A DNA stretch of 60,588 nt from a virus (taxonomy: Duplodnaviria > Caudoviricetes): the IMG/VR virus record IMGVR_UViG_3300032260_000003, positions 1 through 60,588 of that record; one strand, 5' to 3'. Of the stretch, positions 38,064 through 47,600 are shown piece after piece (the stretch's first letter is position 1; each line of letters starts with the position of its first letter). A program made the translations under genes and the position numbers. A model generated the notes under the pieces. The model ran no database searches and was not told the DNA's origin. It saw only the letters and a list, made by a program, of their open reading frames with translations.

Positions 38064-38641
38064 CAAAGTTGCGGAGAATTGCGGCGCTGTTCGTTGATTC
38101 GAATAGTCCATACAAGCAACAACCATTCGTCGATTGTTGGGATCAAGTGCGCGATGCGATGTTGTATCGTAGTCCGTATCCGGTCGTAGCGCACCCGCCA
38201 TGCACTCGCTGGTGTAAATTGGCTCCGATCAATCACGCACGACACGGAACTCCGATGTGTGAAGACGGTGGAATGTTTGAGTTTGCGCTGAACGCAGTTC
38301 GTCGATGTGGCGGCGTTCTCGAACACCCGGCGCAGACAATGGCATGGGCAATGTTCAATCTGCCGAAACCGAAATCGAGCGGTGGATGGCTTGAAGCTGA
38401 CGACGGGTTCGTTGCGTACGTTGAACAAGGTCGGTACGGGCATCAATGCCGAAAGGGCACATGGCTTTTTGTTAGTGGCGTGTCGCGCGCGAATCTCCCC
38501 GAACTTCGATGGGGATATTCATTGAAGTGGGATGGCCCGTCAGTGGGTGCGTATGCATCGCGCGGTCGAGTCGAACAGAGTCATATCACGCCGCCTGCGT
38601 TCTTAGACGTCCTTGTTGGGATTGCGCGATCTGTTGAATAA
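38060..38641 (+). CDS. Putative DNA cytosine methyltransferase-like protein
   Basis: VVAHPPC (motif IV PC), GGVLEHP (motif VI-like), YGHQCRKGTWL. Confidence 0.65.
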   Translation: MTKLRRIAALFVDSNSPYKQQPFVDCWDQVRDAMLYRSPYPVVAHPPCTRWCKLAPINHARHGTPMCEDGGMFEFALNAVRRCGGVLEHPAQTMAWAMFNLPKPKSSGGWLEADDGFVAYVEQGRYGHQCRKGTWLFVSGVSRANLPELRWGYSLKWDGPSVGAYASRGRVEQSHITPPAFLDVLVGIARSVE

Positions 38642-38674
38642 TTCGACAGAATTCAACCGATCTGCTAGCATCGC

Positions 38675-39181
38675 TTGGTGTTTACCCGAGACTTGAAACG
38701 TCCCGCTCCATCGAACTTTGAACGCACCGAGGCGACCAGTCTCGAACGCGTTGACTACCTCGCCAACACGTTTGCCAAATTCCTCGACAACTTCGACGCC
38801 TTCAAAAAAGAAGTGGTTGCTGTGGCTGTGTCGGCGATCAACGCAACATTCGAAAGCCATGTTGAATCGATGGAGACGTTCGCGAACAACCTCAACGCAG
38901 CACTCATTGCGAGGCTCAGCGCGCACGAGAAGGTGATCTCCGAGGTTCAAACGGAGTTCATGGATCAGTACGTGCAAATCACCGGACGTGTCGCGAAGCT
39001 CGAAGTGCGCCTCGAACTTCAGGAAGCGGAGATTGCCGAACTACGAAACAAGATCGGCCCGCAAGCCGTCTACGTCCCGTCAACGGTCACGTCGAACACA
39101 ATCGAGTCGTACGCGCCGTATCACGACGCCGACGGAAATCGGCTGTCCGGCTTTCGCGCGCCGTGCCCCAAAGTCACGTGA
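38675..39181 (+). CDS. Coiled-coil hypothetical protein
   Basis: Heptad pattern; TCGACA-17-TAGCAT upstream. Confidence 0.6.
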   Translation: MVFTRDLKRPAPSNFERTEATSLERVDYLANTFAKFLDNFDAFKKEVVAVAVSAINATFESHVESMETFANNLNAALIARLSAHEKVISEVQTEFMDQYVQITGRVAKLEVRLELQEAEIAELRNKIGPQAVYVPSTVTSNTIESYAPYHDADGNRLSGFRAPCPKVT

Positions 39182-40212
39182 CGAAAAACGAAATCAAACG
39201 CGTGCCCTTGTCGGAACTTCCCGACGAGGTGCCGCTTCCGACTAACGCTACGTTCATGGGCGAGCCGTTCGAGATCGTCGACGATTTCGATCCCGGCGGT
39301 TCATCGAAACGCGGACCGCATCGACGCATGGCTGCATCCAAATGCGACATGATGTTGGCTCTTCGGTACCTCGTACATCTGCGATCTACTCAAGCGAATT
39401 CGTGGACGTCCAAGGGTTCGATGTTTCATCTCTATGCTGCGTATTACTATGCACGCAGGACGCCAGAAGCTCCGGCGTGGTGGGGGCGGGTTTCGTTCAA
39501 GGCCGAACGCGACAAGATCGTCGAGCCGTTCAATCCAAAGGCGCGCGCCGAGATGATTGAAGAGGATCGGCTGCGCTTCAACGCCTATCGCGCGTGGAGC
39601 AAGGGCGAGGATTTGGTGCCGCTGTTTGCCGAGCGCGGAATGGCGGCAACCATTGCGGAACTTGACGGACGTGAAGACGACATCGGTCGTGAAATTCTCA
39701 CAGCGCGAAAAGATCTCGTCGCGCGCGTTGATGGGAAGCTCACCGACGTCGATTACAAAACCAAAGCGGGCAACCGCCGCTGGGACAAGCTCGAAAAATT
39801 CGACGAAGCGGAGTTCCCGCGCGACCGCCAGATTCTCGAAAACCTCGCCATCTCGCGCGCGCGATTCAAGGAACCGATCGACGACTTCATGATTCGGCGA
39901 GTGAAACGCGAGGCGTCGTTCGACATCGCTGACGACTTCGTGGCGGTCGATTGGCGCGCACACAAGGGTGTGGCCGCGCGCGCGCGGCGGACCGTGCAGA
40001 CGGAAATACGCGTCGCGGATCGTGTTCGACAAGGCAAGAAGATCCGCGAAAACGGCCTCGATTCGAATGCGTGCTTCGGCCGCTTTGGTCCGTGCGATTA
40101 CTTCAACGTGTGTGGTGCCCAGACCCGCGACGATCGACTCGTACAGATCGGTCGCAATTTCACGGCGCCCGAGGGCGGTGTTGAGTCCGCACTACACTGC
40201 TTTGGTGAATAA
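39178..40212 (+). CDS. Cas4/RecB-like PD-(D/E)XK exonuclease
   Basis: KGSMFH, ARKDLV, DVDYKT, N-terminal Cys plus C-terminal CFGRFGPCDYFNVC cluster. Confidence 0.8.
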   Translation: MTKNEIKRVPLSELPDEVPLPTNATFMGEPFEIVDDFDPGGSSKRGPHRRMAASKCDMMLALRYLVHLRSTQANSWTSKGSMFHLYAAYYYARRTPEAPAWWGRVSFKAERDKIVEPFNPKARAEMIEEDRLRFNAYRAWSKGEDLVPLFAERGMAATIAELDGREDDIGREILTARKDLVARVDGKLTDVDYKTKAGNRRWDKLEKFDEAEFPRDRQILENLAISRARFKEPIDDFMIRRVKREASFDIADDFVAVDWRAHKGVAARARRTVQTEIRVADRVRQGKKIRENGLDSNACFGRFGPCDYFNVCGAQTRDDRLVQIGRNFTAPEGGVESALHCFGE

Positions 40213-40227
40213 AGTTTCGCAAGCCTG

Positions 40228-40256
40228 TTGACAGGCGATACGTTCGTAGGCAGTGT
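40228..40256 (+). promoter_or_regulatory. Putative promoter
   Basis: TTGACA-17 nt-CAGTGT. Confidence 0.45.
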
Positions 40257-40266
40257 CGTACTCCCG

Positions 40267-41223
40267 ATGACGACAGCCACTCGAACCCGCCGAAAAAAGA
40301 CCACAATCAAAACGCGAAAGAGTCTCGAAGAACTCGTGAACGCGTTCCTCGAAAAATACGGAACGTTCGTCACTCCGTACAAGGGGACGTCGCTGAACGA
40401 GCCGCCGGTCGGCATCATCTTCGGCAAAACGGGCCACGGCAAATCGACCGAACTCGCGTCGTCGTTCTCGCACTACGAATGGTTCTTGACGACGCGGACC
40501 GTGAACTCGCGCGCCGAACATCTTCACGAACTCGAACCGGATAAGATGCCGGCGCCGCCTGCGATTCGATCGCTGTGCAACGACCGCTACGATCCGTACA
40601 TCACGGACTTCAACAAACAGAAGGTGCCGACCGGTGGTTGGGGCATGTGGCTGCACGACTTGCATGTCAACATGGAGCGGCGCGCGAAGACGGCGAAGGC
40701 GAAAGGACTGCCCGCGCCGTCGTACGTGCTCGACGATGCCGGTGTTCTTTGGGAGTGGATTTGGCGCGACATCTGCGACCGCATTCCGCTCCAGGGCAAG
40801 GGGATGTATCGCCGCATCGAGGTGTGCAAGCAACTCCTCGCGTTTTGCATTCGAACCGCACGCAACGGTCCGTTCGGAATGGTGTGGTCCTGCCACGAAG
40901 CGCCCGTGAAATACTTCGAAGAAGAGGGCGGCGCGAACGAGGGCGAAATCCAGTGGCCGTTGGGACCGAAATTCCCGATCGGTTCGATGATCGACATCGC
41001 TGTTCGCGACATGGATTTCTGCGGCCAAATCTACATGACCGACGAAGAGCACGAAGATGGTGAAGGTCAGTGGCTTTCGTTCATCCCGCAGGAAAACGAA
41101 CGGCGGAAGATGCGGCGACAGTTGGAAGACATGGTGCCCATTCAGTTGACGACGGACAACATGCTCAAGGACGTGCTCAGCAGCATGATGTTCGACATCG
41201 GCGCGATTGACGTCGACAAGTAG
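40267..41223 (+). CDS. P-loop ATPase (Sak4/AAA_24-like recombination protein)
   Basis: IIFGKTGHGKST, YVLDD, WSCHE; between nuclease and SSB-like gene. Confidence 0.75.
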   Translation: MTTATRTRRKKTTIKTRKSLEELVNAFLEKYGTFVTPYKGTSLNEPPVGIIFGKTGHGKSTELASSFSHYEWFLTTRTVNSRAEHLHELEPDKMPAPPAIRSLCNDRYDPYITDFNKQKVPTGGWGMWLHDLHVNMERRAKTAKAKGLPAPSYVLDDAGVLWEWIWRDICDRIPLQGKGMYRRIEVCKQLLAFCIRTARNGPFGMVWSCHEAPVKYFEEEGGANEGEIQWPLGPKFPIGSMIDIAVRDMDFCGQIYMTDEEHEDGEGQWLSFIPQENERRKMRRQLEDMVPIQLTTDNMLKDVLSSMMFDIGAIDVDK

Positions 41224-41274
41224 TCTCAAATCAAACGAGCGCAAGCTCCACAACCAGAAAAGGATACGAAACGA

Positions 41275-42144
41275 ATGGCCGTACGAGGAAAGAAGAAAGT
41301 GGTTCGCAAGAAGGCGCCCACGAGGAGCAAGAAAACTGCCTCGAAGAAGACACCCGCCAAGAAGGTGGGTTCGCTTTCGGGATACAGACATGTCGATCCG
41401 AAGGTCGGCGGCGGGAAGAAGACGCTCTTCTCGCAGAACGGCCGCTACGAGTTCGCGCCGAACTTCGGTGAGTGGGAGGTCGGTAAGAAGGGCACTTCGA
41501 TCTTTGGGCCGATGGCGGCCATCGATCCCGACGGGCCGGACGATGGGGCGCCGGTCATCGCACGACTGACGTATGCGGGTGAATTCACGCCGACGAAGGG
41601 CGCGAACGCGGGCGTGACGCGCACGATGATGGAGGCGGTCATCGGTCCGTTCTTCGCGTCGCTCGGCAAGTCCGAAAAGCAGATCAGCGCGATCGGCGTG
41701 CGGCTCGACAAGGCGAAGGGCAATGCGGGCGTCGGCGCTGCGTTGCTCAAGGAATTGGCAAAGATCAAGGATCCCATTTGCAACACGAAGACCGAGTCGG
41801 ACAAGGCCGAATTCACGGAGGATGACGGCTCGACGAAGACGCTGTACTTCACCGAGGTGAATCCGTTCGAGTTCGGTACCCCCGCGCTGTACGCGGAAGC
41901 CTCGAAGCGCCCGCGGGCCATTCGTTGGCCGCTCGAAGCGTTCGCGCGCGTCCAGGATGAGGCCGAGGACGACGATCCCGAGGAGGAGGAGATCGACGGC
42001 GAGTACGAGGACGGCGAGGACGAGGACGAGGACGAGGGCGACGAGGAAGAAGAAGAACTCGAAGAAGAACTCGAAGAGGACGAGGTCGACGAGGAAGAGG
42101 ACGAAGAGGGCGACGAGGAAGAAGAAGAAGAAGAGTACGAGTAG
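41275..42144 (+). CDS. Putative ssDNA-binding protein with Lys-rich N-terminus and ~60-residue Asp/Glu tail
   Basis: Synteny after nuclease and ATPase; extreme acidic C-terminus. Confidence 0.55.
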   Translation: MAVRGKKKVVRKKAPTRSKKTASKKTPAKKVGSLSGYRHVDPKVGGGKKTLFSQNGRYEFAPNFGEWEVGKKGTSIFGPMAAIDPDGPDDGAPVIARLTYAGEFTPTKGANAGVTRTMMEAVIGPFFASLGKSEKQISAIGVRLDKAKGNAGVGAALLKELAKIKDPICNTKTESDKAEFTEDDGSTKTLYFTEVNPFEFGTPALYAEASKRPRAIRWPLEAFARVQDEAEDDDPEEEEIDGEYEDGEDEDEDEGDEEEEELEEELEEDEVDEEEDEEGDEEEEEEEYE

Positions 42145-42165
42145 GCTCTTCAACGACGCGTGATG

Positions 42166-42190
42166 GGCGCGGGGTATAAAACCTCGCGCC
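42166..42190 (+). terminator. Stable hairpin (terminator or processing site)
   Basis: GGCGCGGGGT-ATAAA-ACCTCGCGCC; no U-tract. Confidence 0.4.
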
Positions 42191-42232
42191 GTCATCGCCA
42201 AACACTTCAACGCAATTCAGGAGGAGTTCGAC

Positions 42233-42517
42233 ATGTTTCAACCTTTGAGCGATCGAGTTTTGGTTCGACGGCAAGAAGCGGCGGAAAAGTCGCCCGGCGG
42301 GATCATCATCCCGGACAACGTCAAAGAGCGACCCATCACAGGTGAAGTTCTCGCCGTGGGGGTGCCGAAGATCGAGGACGAAATTTCGTTCGAATGCGTG
42401 GCACCCGGTGTCGTCGTGATGTTCGGCAAGTACGCCGGAACTGAAATCGAAGATGGGGGCGAAAAGTTGGTCGTGCTTCGTATGGAGGAATTGCTCGGCA
42501 TCATCACGCATCCGTGA
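42233..42517 (+). CDS. groES: Co-chaperonin GroES (Cpn10)
   Basis: FQPLSDRVLV..KSPGGIIIPD..KERP..GEVLAVG..FGKYAGTEI. Confidence 0.96.
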   Translation: MFQPLSDRVLVRRQEAAEKSPGGIIIPDNVKERPITGEVLAVGVPKIEDEISFECVAPGVVVMFGKYAGTEIEDGGEKLVVLRMEELLGIITHP

Positions 42518-42522
42518 TCGAT

Positions 42523-42620
42523 GGAATGGTTGCGGTCGTCTAGTGGTGAGGACGTCGGGCACGGCACTGTGCACATGCCCCACCCCGAAAACGCGGGTTC
42601 GAATCCCGCCCGCTTCCACC
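42523..42620 (+). ncRNA. tRNA-like RNA (His-like) with extended anticodon arm
   Basis: D arm GTCT-AGTGGTGA-GGAC; T arm GCGGG-TTCGAAT-CCCGC; TCGGG/CCCGA encloses 24 nt containing GGCA/TGCC and CTGTG; acceptor irregular. Confidence 0.75.
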
Positions 42621-42623
42621 TTT

Positions 42624-42684
42624 GAATGACGCTTTGGTGGAAAGGGTCGCACCCTTTTGCCGGTTCGAATCCGGCCGTCATTCC
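42624..42684 (+). ncRNA. D-armless 61-nt tRNA-like RNA
   Basis: GAATGACG/CGTCATTC 8 bp; GCCGG-TTCGAAT-CCGGC; AAAGGG-TCGCA-CCCTTT; D arm replaced by CTTTGGTG. Confidence 0.75.
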
Positions 42685-42849
42685 TATGCTTGAGTGTCAC
42701 AAGATCAATTCGATGCGGAAACGCGACATGTCGGCGCCGGGGAAGCCGAGCGGCGACGCGCGTGGACGCATTCAGGATGCACTCATTGAAGCGAAGCGAC
42801 TTCTGCGCGCCGACATCGCGTATCGAATGCAGCATGGAAGGAAACACCG

Positions 42850-43056
42850 ATGACGCAGTGGGATTCAAAGTTTGCGTCGATGGTCGAGCGCGAGAGCGCA
42901 CTGCGCTCCGAACTCGCCGAGATCGTTGAAGAGTTGCAAGCGGTGTGTTCGCATGAACATTCGGACGGCAAATCCGCATTCTACGCACCTAACCTCATTT
43001 GCGTTATCTGCGAATTGCCGTTCGTGGCGACGGTGGCGCCGGAGGATCTTGAATGA
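42850..43056 (+). CDS. Small zinc-binding protein
   Basis: CSHEH...CVIC; RBS present. Confidence 0.6.
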   Translation: MTQWDSKFASMVERESALRSELAEIVEELQAVCSHEHSDGKSAFYAPNLICVICELPFVATVAPEDLE

Positions 43057-43289
43057 CGACGAGGAAGATCATTGTTCGCATCGCGATTGATGCGCCGATG
43101 ACAGTCCGTGCTGAATGGTCGGGGGTCGATGTCACGCAAAATATGGAACGTTAATGCCTCGATAATTTTGTTGATGCGGCGTTCAAACGCATGTCTTTGA
43201 AACACTGCACGCATTGCACGCGCGGTGAGTTGATCAGCGTAACGGATGAAAAAACGGGTGTCGACATCTACGACATCGACAAGGAGTAA
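43053..43289 (+). pseudogene. 78-codon gene interrupted by an in-frame TAA
   Basis: GGAGGA RBS and ATGA coupling; TAA at 43152-43154; frame then continues (CLDNFVDAAF..CTHC..DIDKE) to TAA 43287-43289. Confidence 0.5.
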
Positions 43290-43294
43290 AGGCG

Positions 43295-43681
43295 ATGGAT
43301 GATGACGAGCGAGAATGGATGCCGCAGTTGACGCTCGGTGAGTTGGTCAGCAAGCTTCGGCAGTTTGATGACTACGCGGCACTGATCATCGATACCGGTG
43401 CGGTGCCTAAATATGTCGACAGCTATCGCGGCTATTACGAACAGTTGGCCATCAACACCGGAGGTTCGACGTGTTCCGTCGGGGAGTTTCTTTCGATGCT
43501 GCGCGCCGCGGATGGTCACTCGTTCGAGGGGTACAAGGGCGGTAAATTTCGCATGGGGAAGAACACCGAGATGTGGGTGTCCGAATATGGTGAAGCAAGC
43601 GGCATGGCAGTTGTTGGTGTGACAGAGCGGCCCGGCGGACTTGTTGTCATCGAGACGAAGGATCAGTACGATGATGTGTGA
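43295..43681 (+). CDS. Conserved phage hypothetical protein
   Basis: TLGELV..SYRGYYEQLA..FEGYKGGKF pattern. Confidence 0.8.
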   Translation: MDDDEREWMPQLTLGELVSKLRQFDDYAALIIDTGAVPKYVDSYRGYYEQLAINTGGSTCSVGEFLSMLRAADGHSFEGYKGGKFRMGKNTEMWVSEYGEASGMAVVGVTERPGGLVVIETKDQYDDV

Positions 43682-44006
43682 TTTGGATATGCTTGCGCGG
43701 CTGTGTCACGAGAATGCGGTCAAGCATGGCTTTTGGAACGATCTTCACACAGCGGATCCGTTGCATTTGAAGGCGACGCGGCTCGCGCTGATCCATTCCG
43801 AAGTGTCGGAGATGCTCGAAGCGATTCGAAAGCCGGATCTGACAGGACACATTCCCGGGCTGCCGCTCGAAAATGAGGAGGCGGCCGACGTTTTCATTCG
43901 CCTGCTCGACTACTGTCACGCATTCAACATCGACCTCGAATCAGCGGTGCGGCTGAAGATGGCGTTCAACGAGACGCGGCCGTACAAACACGGAAAGGAA
44001 ATGTGA
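43671..44006 (+). CDS. MazG-like nucleotide pyrophosphohydrolase
   Basis: LALIHSEVSEMLEAIRK..EEAADVFIRLLD..KMAFNETRPYKHGK. Confidence 0.88.
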   Translation: MMCDLDMLARLCHENAVKHGFWNDLHTADPLHLKATRLALIHSEVSEMLEAIRKPDLTGHIPGLPLENEEAADVFIRLLDYCHAFNIDLESAVRLKMAFNETRPYKHGKEM

Positions 44007-44305
44007 TCATGGCGAAGAAGTACATTCGAGTGAAGGTCGACATGGTGGTTGACGCCGAGGCCGAAGATCCCGATGAGGGCCTCGACGTGTTCAAAGACTT
44101 CAACGATCGGCTGAAGGCGATGTTTCCGGCGCTGGTGATCCATTCAATGGTAGCATCGCTGCCGATGACCAAGAGTTCTGAATGCCTCGGCATTGAGTGC
44201 GACGAATGTGGTTCAACCGACGAACTTCGTCCGTGCGAGCGCGGTGAACGTGAATTTGGTATGTTGCCCGAATATGCGCCGCTGTGCAAAGCTTGCCGCC
44301 CATGA
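44003..44305 (+). CDS. Small zinc-finger protein
   Basis: CDEC..CKAC; coupled. Confidence 0.6.
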   Translation: MIMAKKYIRVKVDMVVDAEAEDPDEGLDVFKDFNDRLKAMFPALVIHSMVASLPMTKSSECLGIECDECGSTDELRPCERGEREFGMLPEYAPLCKACRP

Positions 44306-44634
44306 ATTACCCACGAATCCCCGATGAATTTACAGACGCAGAGCTTGCGCATGAAATCGAACGGCGCATCAACGCGCGCGCTGCGGGTGTTTGTCCGTAT
44401 TGCGGATATTCGCTTAATCGCGAAATATGCAATCAGCCGGATCAACACGTCGATCGAAAGCCGCCAAGCATTCCAGTGTGGGTGGTGCATCGCGATGTGC
44501 CATATGAGCTTGGGCACCTCATTGGGATTAGGCGCACTGAAAGCGCTGCGAAGATGTTGCGCGACGCTGAACGCTTGAACCATCCCTTCGATGACGACGA
44601 AGATTGGTCCGTGTACGAAGAATCCGTCGAGTGA
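44302..44634 (+). CDS. Hypothetical protein
   Basis: ATGA coupling; CPYC. Confidence 0.6.
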   Translation: MNYPRIPDEFTDAELAHEIERRINARAAGVCPYCGYSLNREICNQPDQHVDRKPPSIPVWVVHRDVPYELGHLIGIRRTESAAKMLRDAERLNHPFDDDEDWSVYEESVE

Positions 44635-47600
44635 AGGAAAAGGAAACACGGCGACAGCGCATCGAGCGGGTGCACGCGAAGGCGCTCGCGCGCGGGGCGA
44701 AGTGTCAGCGATGCCCGTTAGCGCTTTCGAAGCGGGGGCCGGTTCCTTCAACCGTGCGCAAAGCTCGCCTCGCTATCATCAACGAAGCGCCGGGGTTCAA
44801 AGAAGTCCTCGCGATGCGTCCGTTCGTCGACAAGGACGGACGGGAATTGCAGCGAGCACTTACGGCCGCTGATACGACGCGTGATGAGGTTGCGATCCTT
44901 CAAGTGTTGGAGTGTCAGCCGCCCGGCAACGGCTCCATCGCCGGCTACGAACGCGATATCAACAGACTGAACGCGCCCGCTGTCGAGGCGCATAAAGTCG
45001 CGCTCGCAAAATACCGCGAGGCGAAGAAGGCCGCGAAGAAAGCGAAGAAGGATCCGCCCGAGAAGCCGACGCCGCCGGTGTTGATGAAGTCGCCGATCGA
45101 ATGCTGTTCGCCGCGACTCCGCAAAGACCTCATGAAGGTGCGACCGAAGGTGTTCATGCCGCTCGGTCAGTACGCGCACAAAGCGCTCGCGAAAGTTCTC
45201 GATGTACCGCTCGGCGGCGACAAGAAATACCGCGGTGAAGTGCGTCTCGCCGAGTTGTCGAAACAGCGCGGACACCCATTGCCGCTGCCTCAATACATTA
45301 AGTGGAATCCGGACGACGTTGACGCGCTGAATGACGCGCTCGAACCCGAAGCGAAGATCCGGTACTACTCGTCAAAGCTGAAGATTGCGACAGCGAACAC
45401 GTTGAAGCTGAAGTCGGGCGCGTTCATCCTGCCGTCGTATCCGCCGCGCTACGCGATGATGAAGGCGCATCACATGGCGCACCGCATCCGCACGGACATT
45501 GCGCGTGCCGCGACGATTGCGCGCGAGGGCAAGCTCCGGTGGAAAGATGGGAAGGTGAAGATTGCGCCAACCGTTTCCGAGATCCGGAAGTGGGCGAAGA
45601 ATCAGATTCGGTTGAATCGTCAGCAGATGGTCGACATCGAGACCGGGCCGCGGAATCGCATGGAGGCGAAGGACGGCCTGCATATCGACGCGCTTGTTCG
45701 CTGCATCATTTTCACGTCGGGTCCCGAAGAAAAGGAAACCACGATCGTCGTGCCGTTCTTCACAAAGGCCGGCAAGCAATTCTGGACACCGCGAAATCAC
45801 AAGCGGGTTAAGTTCTGGTGCCGCAAAGTTCTCGACTCGTGCCCGACCGCCTTCCATAACGGCATCAGCTTCGACCGGCCGCGTTTGCTTCGTCAGAACT
45901 ACATGACGGACAACGCGAACAGCGGGTTCAAGGCGAACGATGATGACCTGATCATTGCGATGCACGACTCGCGCGAGCAGGACAACGAAAAGAATCTCGG
46001 CTACGTCATCTCGTGTTTCTTCGACATGCCGCTTCACAAGTCCGACGTCGACCACAAAGTCGCCGGCTCAGAAACCGAGGACGAGGATCTGTGGATTTAC
46101 GGCGGGCGCGACGGCGTCACTCAATCGCGCTGTCTTCGCCGCGTGAAGAAGTGGATCAAGGAAGACAAAACCGAAAAGCAGTATCGCTTCGACATGGAGC
46201 AACTTGCGCCGGTCATCACGGGCATGTGCATGACGCCGGTGCCCATCTTCTACCCGGAGATGCAGACCGCCATCACGATGTTGCGCGGTGAGACGAACAA
46301 GTACGAAACGCGCGTACGCACGGCGGTGAAGTCGCTTGCACCTGACGTCGTATGGCCCGCCGGCAAAGACAAGAAACACGTCTTCAATCCGCGGTCACCG
46401 AAACAGGTCGGCCAGCTTCTCTTCGATCACCTTGGCCACGAGCCCAAGCTCAACACCGAAGGGCATCCGTACAGCGCGGGTGATGGCGCTTCGACGTCGA
46501 TTGATGCGCTGCTCGCGCTCGAAGATTCCGGGAAAGTCGTCGGCGTTACGGCCGATTTGCTCGATGCGTTCATTCGATACAAATGCATGGAGAAGCTTCG
46601 CCAGATGGTGGAGGGCATTTCGTACGAGTACGCGCCGCATTGGGGCCCGGAGTATCGGCAGCTTTGGGTGAACTGGAAAATGCACGTCGTGCCGTCGGGT
46701 CGGCTTGCGTCGTCGCCGAACTTTCAAAACTGGACGTCGCTCGGCTTCTACAACATGAAGAAGTTGATCATGGCGCCGCCGGGGCACGTGATCGTTTCAG
46801 CGGATGGCGAGCAAATTGAGGCGCGCGTCTATGCGATTCAGTCGGGTGACCAAGTCATGTTGCGCGCTTTCGCTGAGGGCCTCGATGTGCATGCGGCCAA
46901 CGCCGCCACGTTGCTCGCCCACAACGACGAGGAAGAGTTGCGGCTCACGCATGAAATCGCACAGAAGAAGAAGGAAACGTGGACGCCGACGGATCAAGAC
47001 AAGCGGGACTGGCAGGAGATGGTCGAGCTTCGGCGCGATGCCGGCGACGAAAAGTATCGCAAGGTCGATATCGATCGCCCATCGCACGAGGCGCTCGTCG
47101 AGAACAATCTCAAGTACGCCGAAGAGGTTCGGCGCATCGCGAAGTTCTACTGCATCGCGGAGGGCCAGTTGGTGTTGACCGATCGGGGTGACGTACCGAT
47201 TGAGCAAGTGCGGGACGATGATCTCGTATGGGATGGAATTGAGTGGGTTGCGCATGATGGCGTGATCTACAAAGGGGAGCAGAAGGTTATTGAACATGAC
47301 GGACTCATCGCAACGCCGGATCACAAAGTCTGGCTCGAAGACGGACGCAAAGTCGAATTCGGTCAAGCCGCCGCCGAATGTGCGGTTCTTGCCCGGGGAG
47401 CAGAAGGTGGGCAGCCGCTTTGGTATGTGGCGGACCAAGAGCAAGGTGTGGAAGGATCGAGGGCATCGCAAGGTGATCGGCGAGTGCAAATGCGGCCTGC
47501 GCAAGGTTTTGTATCTCGACAACCTTCGAGCGGGAAAGTCGAAGGGATGCCGCTCGTGCGTGAAGCTGAAGGACACGCCGCACGAACTTCGAATGTGCAT

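Noticed and set aside
40192-42210. 672-aa minus-strand ORF with Phe/Leu runs
   Set aside because: Antisense shadow; the hydrophobic runs are the complement of GAA/GAG codons in the acidic tail.
42556-42588. Archaeal bulge-helix-bulge intron in the His-like RNA
   Set aside because: The unpaired CAC and CCAC face each other as an internal loop rather than staggered 3-nt bulges, and removing one segment does not restore a canonical loop.
47290-47406. Upstream start (47290 or 47296) for the HNH ORF
   Set aside because: This stretch overlaps conserved intein block B codons and looks like shadow sequence; GTG 47407 has an RBS and begins at the GSRFG motif.
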